From positions 744,001-808,000 of the forward strand of contig CM075997.1 of NCBI GenBank assembly GCA_038087875.1: 64,000 nt of DNA. The letters are read 5' to 3'. Source of the DNA: Malacoraja senta. Lineage: Eukaryota. The translations under genes and the position numbers were made by a program. Below are positions 25,502 through 38,552 of this stretch, piece by piece. The notes beneath the pieces are model-generated. The model was not told where the DNA came from, ran no database searches, and saw nothing but the letters and a program-made list of their open reading frames with translations. How positions within the stretch are numbered: the stretch's first letter is position 1; each line of letters begins with the position of its first letter.

Positions 25502-26661
25502 TAATCCCATTCTCCTGCCTTCTTCCCGCTAACCCGTGACACCCGTTCTAATCAAGAGTTTGTCTATCACTGCCTTAAAAAACATCCACTGACTTGACCT
25601 CCACAGCCCTCTGTGGCAATGAGATCCACAGATTAACTACCTCTGACTAAAGAAATCCTCCTCACCTCCTTTCTAAAAGAGCGCCCTTTAATTCTGAGGC
25701 CTGTGACCTCTGGTCATAGATTCTCCCACCAGCGGAAACATCCTCTCCACATCCACTCTATCTATGCTTTTCATTATTCTGTAAGTTTCAATGAAGTGTC
25801 CCCTCATCCTTCCAAACTCACCACATGCGTGCATTGACTTCATTCAGTCCTGGAGCACCAGGACATTTTCTGTGTGGCGGTAGAGCCGCTGCCTCACAGC
25901 GCCAGAGACCTGGGTTCGATCCCGACCTCTGGTGCTGGTCTGTGAGGAGCTTGCACCTTCTCCTGGGGCCGTGTGGCTCAACAGGCACTCCGGTTTCTCG
26001 CCACATCCAACGACGAGCGGGTTTGTAGGTTAATGGGCCTGTGTAAACAAGTCAAGTGAGTTTATTGTCATGTGTCCCTGATAGGACAATGAAATTCTTG
26101 CTTTGCTTCAGCACAACAGAACATAGTAGGCATTGACTACAAGGCATTCTATAAATATATACACACACATGAATCAATATACTGATAAAGTGCAAATAAC
26201 AGTTAATTGGCTAATAAAGTTCAGTTTTGTCCGAGCCAGGTTTAATAGCCTGATGGCTGTGGGGAAGTAGCTATTCCTGAACCTGGTCGTTGCAGTCTTC
26301 AGGCTCCTGTACCTTCTACCTGAAGGTAGTAGAGAGATGAGTGTGTGCCAGGATGGTGTGGTCCTTGATGATAGATGCTCGTAGATGAGAGAGTGGGATA
26401 ACCCTGACTATTGTGAGCGGGTATTTACAGAGGGCCGATAAACCTACAAACCCGCCCGCCTTTGGGATGTGGGAGGAAACCGAAGCACCCGGAGGAAATC
26501 CACGCGGTCACAGGGAGAACGTACAAACTCCACACAGGTAGCACCCGAGGTCATCATCGAACCTGGGTCTGTGACGCTGTGAGCCAGCTGTGCCACTGTG
26601 TATCGCCCACAACATGCAAGACAACACTTTATACTCTACCTCGGCACATGTGACAATAATA

Positions 26662-27065
26662 TCTTTTAGGCCCCCTTCGGTCATGGTGTCTCCAGGGTGT
26701 TTATTCCCTATATGGAGGACGCCTGTGCGTGACTTTGTTTAACGTGGGGAGACTGTGCACAGACAGCCACCCCATGGTCCTTGACAGATCTGGGTCAGGA
26801 TCCAGTGGCATGGAGTCCGAGACAGACCCTTTTCTGCTGCAGCCTTCATCCGCCTTCCCAGCTGTTGTGACGCTCCACTAAAGTCAGCCATCATCCTCCG
26901 CCTGTTCCACCGTTGAGGTCTTGGTTGGATTGCTCTTTGTCAGGGACCTCCATCTCGACCTTACTGCCATGGGTGGCCCTACCAGGAGCATAGCACCAGA
27001 CGGCATCGCTCTCAGGATCTCAGGTCCACGCAAGCTTCTCCACCACGACAAGGTGACAATCCACG
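26662..27065 (-). mobile_element. Short non-autonomous RTE-derived retroelement
   Basis: 10-bp direct repeat GACAATAATA at 26652-26661 and 27066-27075; minus-strand 5' end CACCTTGTCGTGGTGGAGAAGCTTGCGTG...CCTGGTAGGGCCACCCATGGC resembles RTE-clade (Expander/BovB-type) 5' UTRs. Confidence 0.6.
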
Positions 27066-27110
27066 GACAATAATAAACCTAAACCTAAATCCGTGTACTT
27101 CTGTTGACAG

Positions 27111-27188
27111 GTTTGGCAGTGAGTTTGGGGATCGGTGCCTTGGCAGAAGTAGCCAAAAGTTCATTGAATGGAAGACAGAAATCAAACG
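27111..27188 (+). CDS. COQ8B: COQ8B exon 5 (transmembrane segment)
   Basis: (G)LAVSLGIGALAEVAKSSLNGRQKSN; AG/GT flanks, phase 1-1. Confidence 0.93.
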
Positions 27189-28435
27189 GTGAGCTCTTGA
27201 ATAAGTTTATTGGGCAAGTTTGTACACATACAAGGAATTTGCCTTGGTGCTCTGCTCGCAAGTAACATCATGACATCGTGTCATTCTTGCATCTCGGCAC
27301 TCTTGCCTCTGAGCAAACTGTGGGAGCTGTTGGCTGACAATTCTCCAGCTCTTCATGGATACCATTAAGCTGGAAGGAGTGCAAAGAAGGGTTTCTTTTT
27401 AAGATAGAGTGCTGGAGTAGCTCAGCGGGTCAGTCTGAAGATGAATACGTTTATTGGCCAAGTATTCACATACAAGGGATTTGCCTTGGTGCTCCGCCCA
27501 CAAGTGACAACATGACATATAGTGAGAGTTAGGAACGATGGGTTCCAACTCAATACGTCACCTTTTCATGTTCTCCTGAGATGTGTAGGAAAGAACTGCA
27601 GATGCTGGTTTAAACCAAAGACAGACACAAAATACTGGAGTAACTCATAGGGACAGGCAGAATCTCTGGGAAGAAGGAATGTGACATTTCGGGTCGAGAC
27701 CCTTTTTCAGACTCAAATGCTGGTTTACACCGAAGATAGACACGGAATGCTGGAGCAACTCGACGGGACAGGAAGCATCTCTGGATAGTAGGAGATGTTG
27801 CCTGACCCACTGAGTTCCTCCAGCGCTCTGTATGAACTTGGTTGGACTGTTTTTGGTTGCACTAAATTCCCTGGTGTTTTTGCTCATATTGTGGTTATTA
27901 AATTATTGAAGTTATGCTTAACATTTATTGTCTATATGTGTTGTATTAACAGGCCTGTTATGCTGCTGCAAGTAAGAATTGCATTGTTCTGTTGTTGGTG
28001 CATATGATAATTAAACTAAGAAAAAGACACAAAGTGCTGGAGTAACTCATCTCCGGAGAATGTGGATAGGTGGCGTTTCGGGTTAAGACCCTTTTTCAGT
28101 CATTTCAATCAAGATTTAAAAAAAAAATGTTTTTAATTAGAAGTATTGTACAGTGCAATAATCTCAAACAAACTTAAAATTATACATTTCTTGTACCACT
28201 TCTTATTTCGAACTTTAATAAGAAAAAGGATAGAAAGAGTTAGCAGAGATAGTAAGTGAGTGAATGACAGAGTGGTCCAGGAAAACCCAGTTAGACCTAA
28301 ACCACAAGAAAGAGTTAAACAAAAAGAAAAAACCCAAAAGAAGGAAAAAGATAAGAAAGAAAGTAAGACAAGATAAGACAAGATAAAAGGGATGTACCTA
28401 CTTCATATCTTTACTCACCCCTCACCAGGTCCTGT

Positions 28436-29232
28436 TTATCCACTTTGGTGGCAAAAACAGGAAAGCAGACTATTATCTAAATGGTGGCCGATTAGGAAAA
28501 GGGGAGATGCAGCGAGACCTGGGTGTCATGGTACACCAGTCATTGAAAGTAGGCATGCAGGTGCAGCAGGCAGTGAAGAAAGCGAATGGTATGTTAGCTT
28601 TCATAGCAAAAGGATTTGAGTATAGGAGCAGGGAGGTTCTACTGCAGTTGTACAGGGTCTTGGTGAGACCACACCTGGAGTATTGCGTACAGTTTTGGTC
28701 TCCAAATCTGAGGAAGGACATTATAGCCATAGAGGGAGTGCAGAGAAGGTTCACCAGACTGATTCCTGGGATGTCAGGACTTTCATATGAAGAAAGACTG
28801 GATAGACTTGGCTTATACTCGCTAGAATTTAGGAGATTGAGAGGGGATCTTATAGAAACGTACAAAATTCTTATGGGGTTGGACAGGCTAGATGCAGGAA
28901 GATTGTTCCCGATGTTGGGGAAGTCCAGGACAAGGGGTCACAGCTTAAGGATAAGGGGGAAATCCTTTAAGACCGAGATGAGGAAAAACTTTTTCACACA
29001 GAGAGTGGTGAATCTCTGGAACTCTCTGCCACAGAGGGTAGTCGAGGCCAGTTCATTGGCTATATTTAAGAGGGAGTTAGATGTGGCCCTTGTGGCTAAA
29101 GGGATCAGGGGGTATGGAGAGAAGGCAGGTACAGGATACTGAGTTGGATGATCAGCCATGATCATATTGAATGGCGGTGCAGGCTCGAAGGGCCGAATGG
29201 CCTACTCCTGCACCTATTTTCTATGTATCTAT
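28436..29232 (+). mobile_element. CR1-clade LINE 3' fragment in COQ8B intron 5
   Basis: Open ORF 28507-29142 (RDLGV...LVRPHLEYCVQFWSP...RRLRGDLIETYK), 3' hairpin region and ttctatgt tail. Confidence 0.93.
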
Positions 29233-30460
29233 GAAACCATTAATTATCAACATTTTGTTGCACCCTATATTTGTAATAAGTCGAGAAATGGAGACCAAAT
29301 CTTTTGGAATTGGTCTGGTTTACCTGCTAAGAGGAATCTCATATCTTATTTAATTTATTCCGATTATGTGTTTTTTTGTTTTGTTGTGATTCTATGCATT
29401 GTAAGGTGTCCTTGGGTTTTAGAAAGGCGCCAGTAAATAAAATGATTATTATTATTATTATTATTATTCTAGGTGTAACAGTTCCGACATATTAGAAATC
29501 CACATTTTTATCGTTGGCGTGGGAGCGTTTTTCCAAAATTTCAGTATAGGTTTTTTTGCCGTTATTAAGCCATAATTAAGAAAACTCTTTTGAAACGAAG
29601 TCAGCTCCAAACTGGCTTCGATTGTTCCAAAAATGATCAGTTCTGCATTCGGTTTCAGTTTTATTTAAAATAATTTCGTGAAAATTTCAAAGATTTCATT
29701 CCAAAATTTTTGGATTTTTATACAAAAAACAAAAGACTTGGGTTAGACATTTATCACAGATAGAAGAGACATTTGGGTGAAATTTACTTATTTTAGCTTT
29801 TGAATAGTATAATAATTTCAAGGTTTTGACCTAAAACGTCACCTGTCCATGCTCTCCAGAGATGCTACCAGACCCACCGAGTTATTCCAGCACTTTGTGT
29901 CTTTTTTTTGGTAATCCAGCATCTGCAGTTCCTTGTGCTCCAAATGATCTACGTACTGTCTTTGGCTGCACAAAGAATTTGGGGTTTCTTTCCTCTTGTA
30001 TATAGTTTAGTTTAGAGATACAGCGCGGAAACAGGCCCTTCGGCCCATCACGTCCGCACCGACCAGCGATCCCTGCACATTAACATTATCCGACACACGT
30101 TAGGGACAATTTACACAAACGCCAAGCAAATTAACCTACAAACCTGTACGTCTTTGGAGTGTGGGAGGAAACCGGAGATCTTGGAGAAAACCCACGCAGG
30201 TCACAGGGAGAACGTACAAACTCCATACAGACAGCACCCTTAGTTGGACCGAACCCGGATCTCTGGCGTTGTGAGGCAGCAACTCTACCGCTGGGCCACT
30301 GTGACCGCCCCATTGTGGTTATTAAATGATTGATTTTTTTCTTTATATATTTATAGGATTGTATTAACAGGGCCGTTATGGCGTTGCAAGTAAGAGTTTC
30401 ATTGTTCTGTTGTTGGACAATGAAAGACTCCTGAATGTTGATGCTCCTGTGTCACTACAG

Positions 30461-30583
30461 ACAGAGAAGCACTCCTGGACTCCAACCCCTTCCTCTCCGA
30501 GGCAAACGCTGAGCGAATCGTCAACACCCTGTGCAAAGTGCGCGGCGCGGCGCTGAAGATCGGACAGATGCTGAGCATTCAGG
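30461..30583 (+). CDS. COQ8B: COQ8B exon 6 (KxGQ motif)
   Basis: [44 protein letters not shown] flanks. Confidence 0.96.
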
Positions 30584-32019
30584 GTGAGCGAGCTCCCACT
30601 CTGCACGCATCCTCCCTCTTAACCTCACTGCTGCTCTCTCCCTGACCGCCTGCTCATAGAAACATAGAAAATAGGTGCAGGAGGAGGCCATTCGGCCCTT
30701 CCAGTTATGTCTGGGCACAGCATCTCATCCCCATTCAGGGTGTCAAAAGATTACGGGGCGAAGGCAAGAGAATGGGCTCGAGAGGTCTTGGGACCAGAGG
30801 TCATAGGCTCAGAATGAAAGGACCTTCCTTTTGGAAGGAGATGAGGAGGAATTTCTTTAGGCAGAGGGTGGTGAATCTGTGTAATTCATTGCCACAGATG
30901 GCTGTGGAGGCCAAGTCAATGGATATTTTTAAGGCAGAGATGGATAGTAACGGTGTCGGATTATGGGGAGAAGGCAGGAAAATAGACAATAGGTGCAGGA
31001 GTCGGCCATTCGGCCCTTCAAGCCAGCACCGCCATTCAATATGATCATGGCTGATCATCCCCCATCAGTACCCCGTTCCTGCCTTCTCCCCATATCCCCT
31101 GACTCTGCTATTTTTAAGAACCCTATCTAGCTCTCTCTTGAAGGTATCCAGAGAACCTGCCTCCACCGCCCTCTGAGGCAGAGAATTCCACAGACTCACA
31201 ACTCTCTGTGTGAAAAAGTGTTTAATGGGGTTAAGAGGGAAAGATGGATCAGCCATGATTGAATGGCTGAGTAGACTTGATCGGCCGAATGGCCTAATTC
31301 TACTCCTATCACATGGCCTTATGACTTAGGTTGGGTGGGCAAGTTTGAGTCAGGGTGGGGTTGATTGTGATGGGACCTGGTCAGGACCGGGTTGGATCTG
31401 GTTGGACAGTGGTCGGGATGGCCGATGGCTGGCTTTGGTCAGCTTTGGCCTGGTCCCGGTTTACTGCTGAATATCGTCTAGGCTACAAAAGATAGACTAC
31501 AGTTCTAGTCTGCAATTAATTCATTTAGCTGATGTAGGGTGGCTGGTAGAGCCACTGCCTGACACCGTCAGAGAGATGGGTCCTCTGGTGCTGTCCGTGT
31601 GGAGTTTGCACGTTCTCCCCGTGACCGCGTTGCGTTTCCTCCCACATCCCAAAGACGTGTAGGTTAAGGGCAAGAAACTCGACATCTGCCCAATCTATTC
31701 CCCTCGTGATTTTACACGCCTCCAAAAACTCTGAATTTAAAATGTTGTTTCCTGTTAAAATCATTCCTCACAGCTTCCAACACACTTCGATACAAAGTTG
31801 CAAGACAAGCTCAATGGCATCTCACAGCAAGCGCACATTTGCAACAATGTTGCCATCATAGCTCCTGGCAGGACAGGAGGGGGGGGGGTCAATTGGTATT
31901 GCAGTTGGGCAGGTGCCATTGGGATTTTTATTTCATCTCCAGTGCTGGGGGAGGCTGACGAGCTATGATCTTTGCCGAGGAGTGCTCGAATCTTACCTTC
32001 GGCAACGGGTCGAGTTGGA

Positions 32020-32100
32020 GGACCACCCCTCCTGTGGGGGGTACGGGTAGGGGACGGGTGCGTTGGGGGAGCAGACCCAACGGGTCTCCACTTGGTCTAG
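32020..32100 (+). mobile_element. Helitron-like 3' terminus
   Basis: Hairpin AGACCC-AAC-GGGTCT followed about 10 nt later by CTAG|T (32097-32101); 5' end not defined. Confidence 0.5.
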
Positions 32101-32160
32101 TAAGATCTAAAACTAACAAAAACTAACAACAAAAAACTAATAAACTTTCTGTGTGTGCAG

Positions 32161-32246
32161 ACAATAGCTTCATCAACCCCCAGCTCCAGAAGATCTTTGA
32201 ACGAGTACGACAGAGTGCCGACTTCATGCCGGCTTGGCAGACGATG
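32161..32246 (+). CDS. COQ8B: COQ8B exon 7
   Basis: (D)[32 protein letters not shown] flanks. Confidence 0.96.
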
Positions 32247-33703
32247 GTGAGTGTGGTGAGACCAGATTCCTATCCCCATTACGTGGAAAAATAACCTCAT
32301 AGCACTTCAGGAATCTGGCAGCCCCGCCCCCCCAAAATTTGGCTTCCACAGCCTTCAGTGGCAATGAATGCCACAGATTCACCACCCTCTGACTGAAGAC
32401 ATGTTTTATTTAACGTGTACGCCGTGTTCTGGTGGCCTTCTATAATTTGAAATGTTCAGCTTGTTTTTTTAGTTTAGAGATGCAGTGCCAAAACAGTCCC
32501 TTCGGCCCACTGAGTCCGCGCCGACCAGCGATCCCCGCACATTAACACTATCCATCACACACTGGGAACAATTTACACTTTCACCAAGTATACAAACCCA
32601 AACCTGTACGTCTTTGGAGCGTGGGAGGATTTGAGAAAAATCCCACGCGGTCACAGGTGGAACGTACTAACTCTGTGCAGACAGCACCTGTAGTCGGGAT
32701 TGAACCCCCGTCTCTGGCGCTGCAAGCGCTGTATGACAGCAACTCTACCGCTGCGCCACCAGGCCACCCTAAATTGTGTTATCCCATCTCTTACAGTGGC
32801 AGGCAGTTTCTTAGCAACTCTTTCCCCCTTCCCCTCCCCCATCTTGGTGTCTGACTCTTGTGTTCGACACTTCTTTGGCCACGGAACAACAAAACACTTC
32901 ACTCTCTGCACGGCAACTAAACATGGTAAATGTTGCCATTTTCGACCTTGAAATACTTGGCAGCTGTTCCTTCAAGGCCCACTGCTAGATATTTCCCAAA
33001 GCTGCACAATCCTCTGAGCGAAGAAATTGTTCTCTGTACTCTGACCATTCAAAGCATTTGAAAAACTTTCTAAAAATGATCGATTTTGCATGTGGGAGAG
33101 GTTGCTCGGACTGTGGTAGATCGGGAGCTGTTGAAGGTGTAAACGTTCAGCTCTGCTCTCTGGCTGTGGTAGTTCGAGTTTGAGTTTATTGGCCAAGTAC
33201 GTACACATACAAGGAATTTGCCTTGGTGCTCTGCTCGCAAGAAACAACACGATATACAGTAAACCATTAAGAATAAAACATTATAGTGTAAACATGTGAA
33301 TGAAATAAAATACCAGAGCAAGAGGAGCCTACAGACTTTTGGTTATTGAGTAGAGCTACTACTCGTGGAAAAAATACTGTTTTTATGTCTGGCTGTGGCA
33401 GCTTTGACAGTCCGGAGTCGCCTTCCAGAGGGAAGTGATTCAAAGAGTTTGTGGCCAGGGTGAGAGGGGTCAGAGATGATCTTGCCCGCTCGCTTCCTGG
33501 CCCTTGCAGTGTACAGTTCATCAATGAGGGGGAAGGTTGCAGCCAACAACCTTCTCAGCCGATCGAACGATTCGCTGCAGCCTCGAGGATGGTTCAGTTG
33601 CCTGATACGTTGTCTGGACGTGTGCGTTTTCACACCTTATGGCTGATGGGCCTTTGTGAGGGATCGGTGAATCGAACCAACGTCTTCAATGGTCTTCACA
33701 CAG

Positions 33704-33844
33704 AAGGTCCTGGACGTGGAGCTGGGCCCAGACTGGCGAGACAAACTGGCGGTGTTTGAGGAGAGGCCGTTCGCTGCTGCCTCCATCGGGCAGGTGCACC
33801 ATGGAGAGCTGAAAGATGGTCGCGAGGTGGCCATCAAGATCCAG
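33704..33844 (+). CDS. COQ8B: COQ8B exon 8 (A-rich loop, VAIK lysine)
   Basis: [51 protein letters not shown] flanks. Confidence 0.97.
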
Positions 33845-34940
33845 GTAACTCCATGCTTGTTTGGCAGTGAACAACTCAAATGGATGGGATAGGATTCCAT
33901 CTTCTATATTAGTGGTCTTCGTGGGATAAGATTCCATCTTCTGTATCGGTGGTCTTGGTGGGATAAACGTAACCATAGAAACATAGAATATATTTGCAGG
34001 AGTAGGCCATTCGGCCCTTCGAGCCAGCGCTGCCATTCAATATGATCATGGCTGATCATCCAAAATCAGTAGCCCGTTCCTGCTTTCCCCCCCATATCCC
34101 TTGATTCCGTTAGCCCTCAGAGCTAAATCTAACTCTCTCTTGAATACATCTATGTATGGGATAGGATGAGATTCCATCTTCTGTATTAGTGGTCAGCCAG
34201 AGACCATATTGAATGGCGGTGCTGGCTCGGAGGGCCGAATGGCCTCCTCCTGCACCTATTGTCTATTGGTCTTGTGGGATGAGATGCCATCTTTTATTAT
34301 TGCCAATGCTGCAATTGCGCTCAGCAACTTTAATTCAGATCTGGGTCAACTTTTGGTCAGTGGCACTCGAGGGTCTCGAGGGTCTATTGTCTATTATTGG
34401 GGATGATCAGCCATGATCACATTGAATGGCGGTGCTGGCTCGAAGGGCCGAATGCCCTACTCCTGCACCTATTGTCTATTGACCTGACATGTCACCGCAT
34501 CCCTTCTCTCCAGAGATGCTGCCTGTCCCTGCTGAGTTACTCCAGCATCTTGTGTCCACCAGTGAAAAGTTTTGTCCTGCATGCTGTCCAAGAAGATCAG
34601 ATACTTACTACTGTACATAAATACAATCAAGTCGAACTCCAGTACAAATAGGTGGAGCAAAGGGGAAGATACAGAGTGCAGAATATATGTGTGAGAAAGA
34701 ACTGCAGATGCTGGTTTAAATCGAAGGTAGACACAAAATGCTGGAGTAACTCAGTGGGCGAGGCAGCATCTCTGGAGAAAAAGACCTTCGGGTCTCGACC
34801 CAAAACGTCAGCCATTCCTTTTCTCCAGAGATGCTGCCTCACCCGCTGAGTTACTCCAGCGTTGAGTGCAGAATATAGTTGTCCGCATTGCTCCGGTTCC
34901 TTCGTTAACTGTGACCGTGCTGTCTGCTCCGTCTCCTCAG

Positions 34941-35022
34941 TATCCAGGAATCGCTCAAAGCATCAAGAGTGACGTTGAGAACCTGCTGTCGGTGTTGAAA
35001 ATGAGCATCTCTCTGCCCGAAG
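34941..35022 (+). CDS. COQ8B: COQ8B exon 9
   Basis: [31 protein letters not shown] flanks. Confidence 0.96.
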
Positions 35023-35877
35023 GTAAAGCAGAGACATAGCGTGATAGTCACGGATTCATGCGGCACAGACACAGGCCCTTCGGCCCGACTTGGCCATGCC
35101 GACCAAAATATCCCGTCTACGCAGGTCCCGTTTGTCCATGTTTGGCCCATATCCCTCTCAACCCTTTCCCTGGTAGACAAAAATGCTGGAGAAACTCAGC
35201 GGGTGTGGCAGCATCTATGGAGCGAAGGTAATAGGCAACGTTTCGGGCCGAAACCCTTCTTCAGACTGATGCAGGGTCACCTGTATGACCCCCCGCCCCC
35301 ACCCTACATCAGTCTGAAGAAGGGTTTTCGGCCCGAAACGTTGCCTATTTCCTTCGCTCCATAGATGCTGCCACACCCGCTGAGTTTCTCCAGCATTTTT
35401 GTCTACCGTGGATTTTCCAGCATCTGCAGTTCCTTCTTCAACCCTTTCCCATCCTTGTGCCTTTTAAAAGTTCATCCACTGAATGTCTTTTAAATGTTGC
35501 CTCAACCACCTGAATGGAAAATGCTAACCTTCAGATTCCTATAAATCTTTCCCCTCTCCACGTCCCCCATTGAGATGTGTAAGAAAGAACTGCAGATGCT
35601 GATTTAAATCGAAGATCGACACAAAATGCTGGAGTAACTCAGCGGGAAGGGCAGCATCTCTGGAGAGAAGGAACGGGTGATGTTTCGGGTCGAGACCCTT
35701 CTTCAGACTGAAGAAGGGTCTTGACCCTAAACGGCACCCTTCTCTCCAGGGATGCTGCCTGACCCGCTGAGTTACGCCAGCATTTTGTGTCTATCCCCCA
35801 TTGAGATCCTTACCTGCGCTTGCATTCAGGAGCAGGGCCTGTGTCGATGCCTCGCTGTCTTTTTCTTCTCCGTGCAG

Positions 35878-35971
35878 GTTTGTTTGCGGAGAGCGCCATT
35901 GTGGTGCTGCGACGTGAGCTGGAGTGGGAATGTGACTACATACGGGAGGCAGCCTGCGCCAGGAGGTTCAG
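35878..35971 (+). CDS. COQ8B: COQ8B exon 10
   Basis: (G)[34 protein letters not shown] flanks. Confidence 0.96.
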
Positions 35972-38082
35972 GTACAATTCATCATGTCCAGTCACTCTAC
36001 AACCAGAGCTGAGATTTTAACGGCACTATTAAAATCTATGGGCCGTCACAGCGGCACAACGGTAGAGTTGCTGCCTTACAGCGAATGCAGCGCCGGAGAC
36101 CCGGGTTCGATCCCGACTGCGGGTGCTGTCTGTACGGAGTTTGTACGTTCTCCCCGTGACCTGCGTGGGTTTTCTCCAAGATCTTCGCTTTCCTCCCACA
36201 TTCCAAAGACGTGCAGGTTTGTAGGTTAATTGGCTTGGTGTAAATGTAAAAATTGTACCTGGTGGGTGCAGGATAGTGTTAACGTGCGGGGATCGCTGGT
36301 CGGCGCGGACCCAGTGGGCCGAAGGGCCTGTTTCCGTCCTGTATCTCTAAACTAAACTATTAATGGCGCTGCTGTTGGAGCCGCAGCCTCACAGTGCCAG
36401 GGACCCCCGGTTCGATCCTGACCTCGGGTGCTCGACACAAAATGCTGGAGTAACTCAGCGGGTCAGGCAGCATCTCTGGAGAAAACGAAAAGGAGACCTT
36501 TTGGGTCGAGACCCTTCTACAGACCGCTCCGTGTGCAGTTTGCACCCTCTCCCTGTGACCGCGTGGGTTTCCTCCGGGTGCTCTGGTTTCCTCCCACATC
36601 CCAAAGACGTGCGGGCAGGTTTATAAGTTAATTGGCCCTCTGTCAATTGTCTATGGTGTGTAGGAATTGGATGAGACAGCGATATAACATAGAGCTAGTG
36701 ATCGATCTTTGCCGTGGACTCAGTGCGACGAAGGCCCTGTATCTCTAAATTTAAAAATGTACTCCATCTGGTAACGAGGTGTTTAACAAGAACGGAACCA
36801 GGCAAATGCTGACAAAAGGCCACTTAAGAAGCCATTAAGACAGATTAGTGTAAGCCTAGGCATAGGGGTCAGCTGTAATGGGGGAGAGAAGGAGGCAGAA
36901 GGAGGCATTATAATCAAGTCAAGAGTATTTTAATTATCAAATCTACCTGGAATGGAATCATGACATTCTTAATTGCTGCAGCTTTGTTGGGCATTACAAC
37001 TTAACAAAGAAATAAACCAAAAATAATAATTAATAAATGATCAGCGGAATAGTGCAAAACAAAATACGTAGTTCAACGCTTACAGTCCATCATAGATTGT
37101 TGGTGAGGTCAGGATGTGGTTCGGGTTATGCAGTGTGGTTCAGGAGACTGTGTAGGAAGGAACTGCAGATGCTGGCTTAAATCGAAGATAGACACAAAGT
37201 GCTGGAGTAACTCAGCGGGACAGGCAGCATCTCTGGAGAGAAGGAATGGGTGACGTTTCAGGTCGAGACCCTTCTTCAGACTAGTCTTGACCCGAAGCGT
37301 CACCCATTTCTTCTCTCCAGAGGAGCTGCCTGTCCCGCTGAGTCACTCCAGCATTTTGTGTCTATCTTTGGTTCTGGAGATTGATGGTTATTGGAAAGAA
37401 ACTGTTCTAGAACCTGGTCTGCTACACGATTTTACCAGGTTGTATGCAAAACATGATGTGTGATTGTACATGATGTGTATAAAATCATGAGAGGAATAGA
37501 TCGGGTAGACGCACAGAGTCTCATGCCCAGAGTAGGTGAATCGAGAACCAGAGGACATTGGTTTAAGGTGGAGGGCAAAAGATTTAATAGGAATCTGAGG
37601 GGTAACTTTTTCACACAAAGGGTGGATGGAACAAGCTGCTAAAGGAGGTAGTTGAGGCTGGGACTCTCCCAACATTTAAGAAACGGTTAGACAGGTACAT
37701 GGATAGGACAGGTTTTGAGGGATATGGACCGAACGTGGGCAGGTGGGATAAGTGTAGCTGGGGCATGTTGGCTGGCGTGGGCAAGTTGGGGCGAAGGGCC
37801 TGTTTCCACGCTGTATCCTTCTATGACAAAGCATTTCTCTGTATCTCGGTACATGTCACAATAAAGCATCATCGACATAGGGCGGCACGGTGGCGCAGCG
37901 GTAGAGTTGCTGCCTTACTGCGCCGGAGACCCGGGTTCGATCCCGAATACGGGTGCTGTCAGTACGGAGTTTTCACGTTCTCCCCGTGACTGCGTGGATT
38001 TTCTCCAAAATCTTCAGTTTCCTCCCACTCTCCAAAGACGTACAAGTTTGTAGGTTTATTGGCTTTGCTATAAGTGTAAATC

Positions 38083-38552
38083 CGCGAGTTCTGGCGAGTT
38101 TGCCCTCGACTCATACTCGCAGCATGGTCGACACGAGGTCGTAGGAGGTCTTTGTAACTCTCCTTCATGCTCGAGAGTGGTCTCCGTGTACTCGAGGCCT
38201 CAGCTAGGTTGCGGCGTTTTTTTCAATATGTTAAAAATGCCCGCAAGTAAAAAAAGGTCGCCATGGAAAAAAGGGGTACTTTTTTTACTCGTAGGTTTAG
38301 TCGTAGTAGGTCGGCATGTTAGTCGTAGGTAATCGAGGGTAGTCAAAAGTAGTCGTAGATAGTCTTCATCATAGTCGAAGGGAGGTCAAAGGGAGGTCGA
38401 AGGAGATCAAAGGAGGTCGTCTTCACTCTCCACTATTCGGTGTCCAATTTTCCCGAAGTTAGTCGTAGCTCGACGAAGCTGGTCTTCAACATGTCATTTT
38501 TTCAAACTCTTCTAAACTCGCCAATTAGGTCGCCCAAGTGGGACAGCCCCTT
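38083..38552. mobile_element. Truncated PIF/Harbinger-type element inside a SINE
   Basis: Right TIR AAGTGGGACAGCCCCT followed by TAA; internal gactcatactcgcagcatggtcg is the reverse complement of a segment in the 18148 MITE. Confidence 0.7.

Noticed and set aside
28507..29142. 211-aa open ORF (also 3330-3917, 40105-40560) as a host gene
   Set aside because: C-terminal part of CR1 ORF2 from 5'-truncated copies; no endonuclease or complete RT domain.
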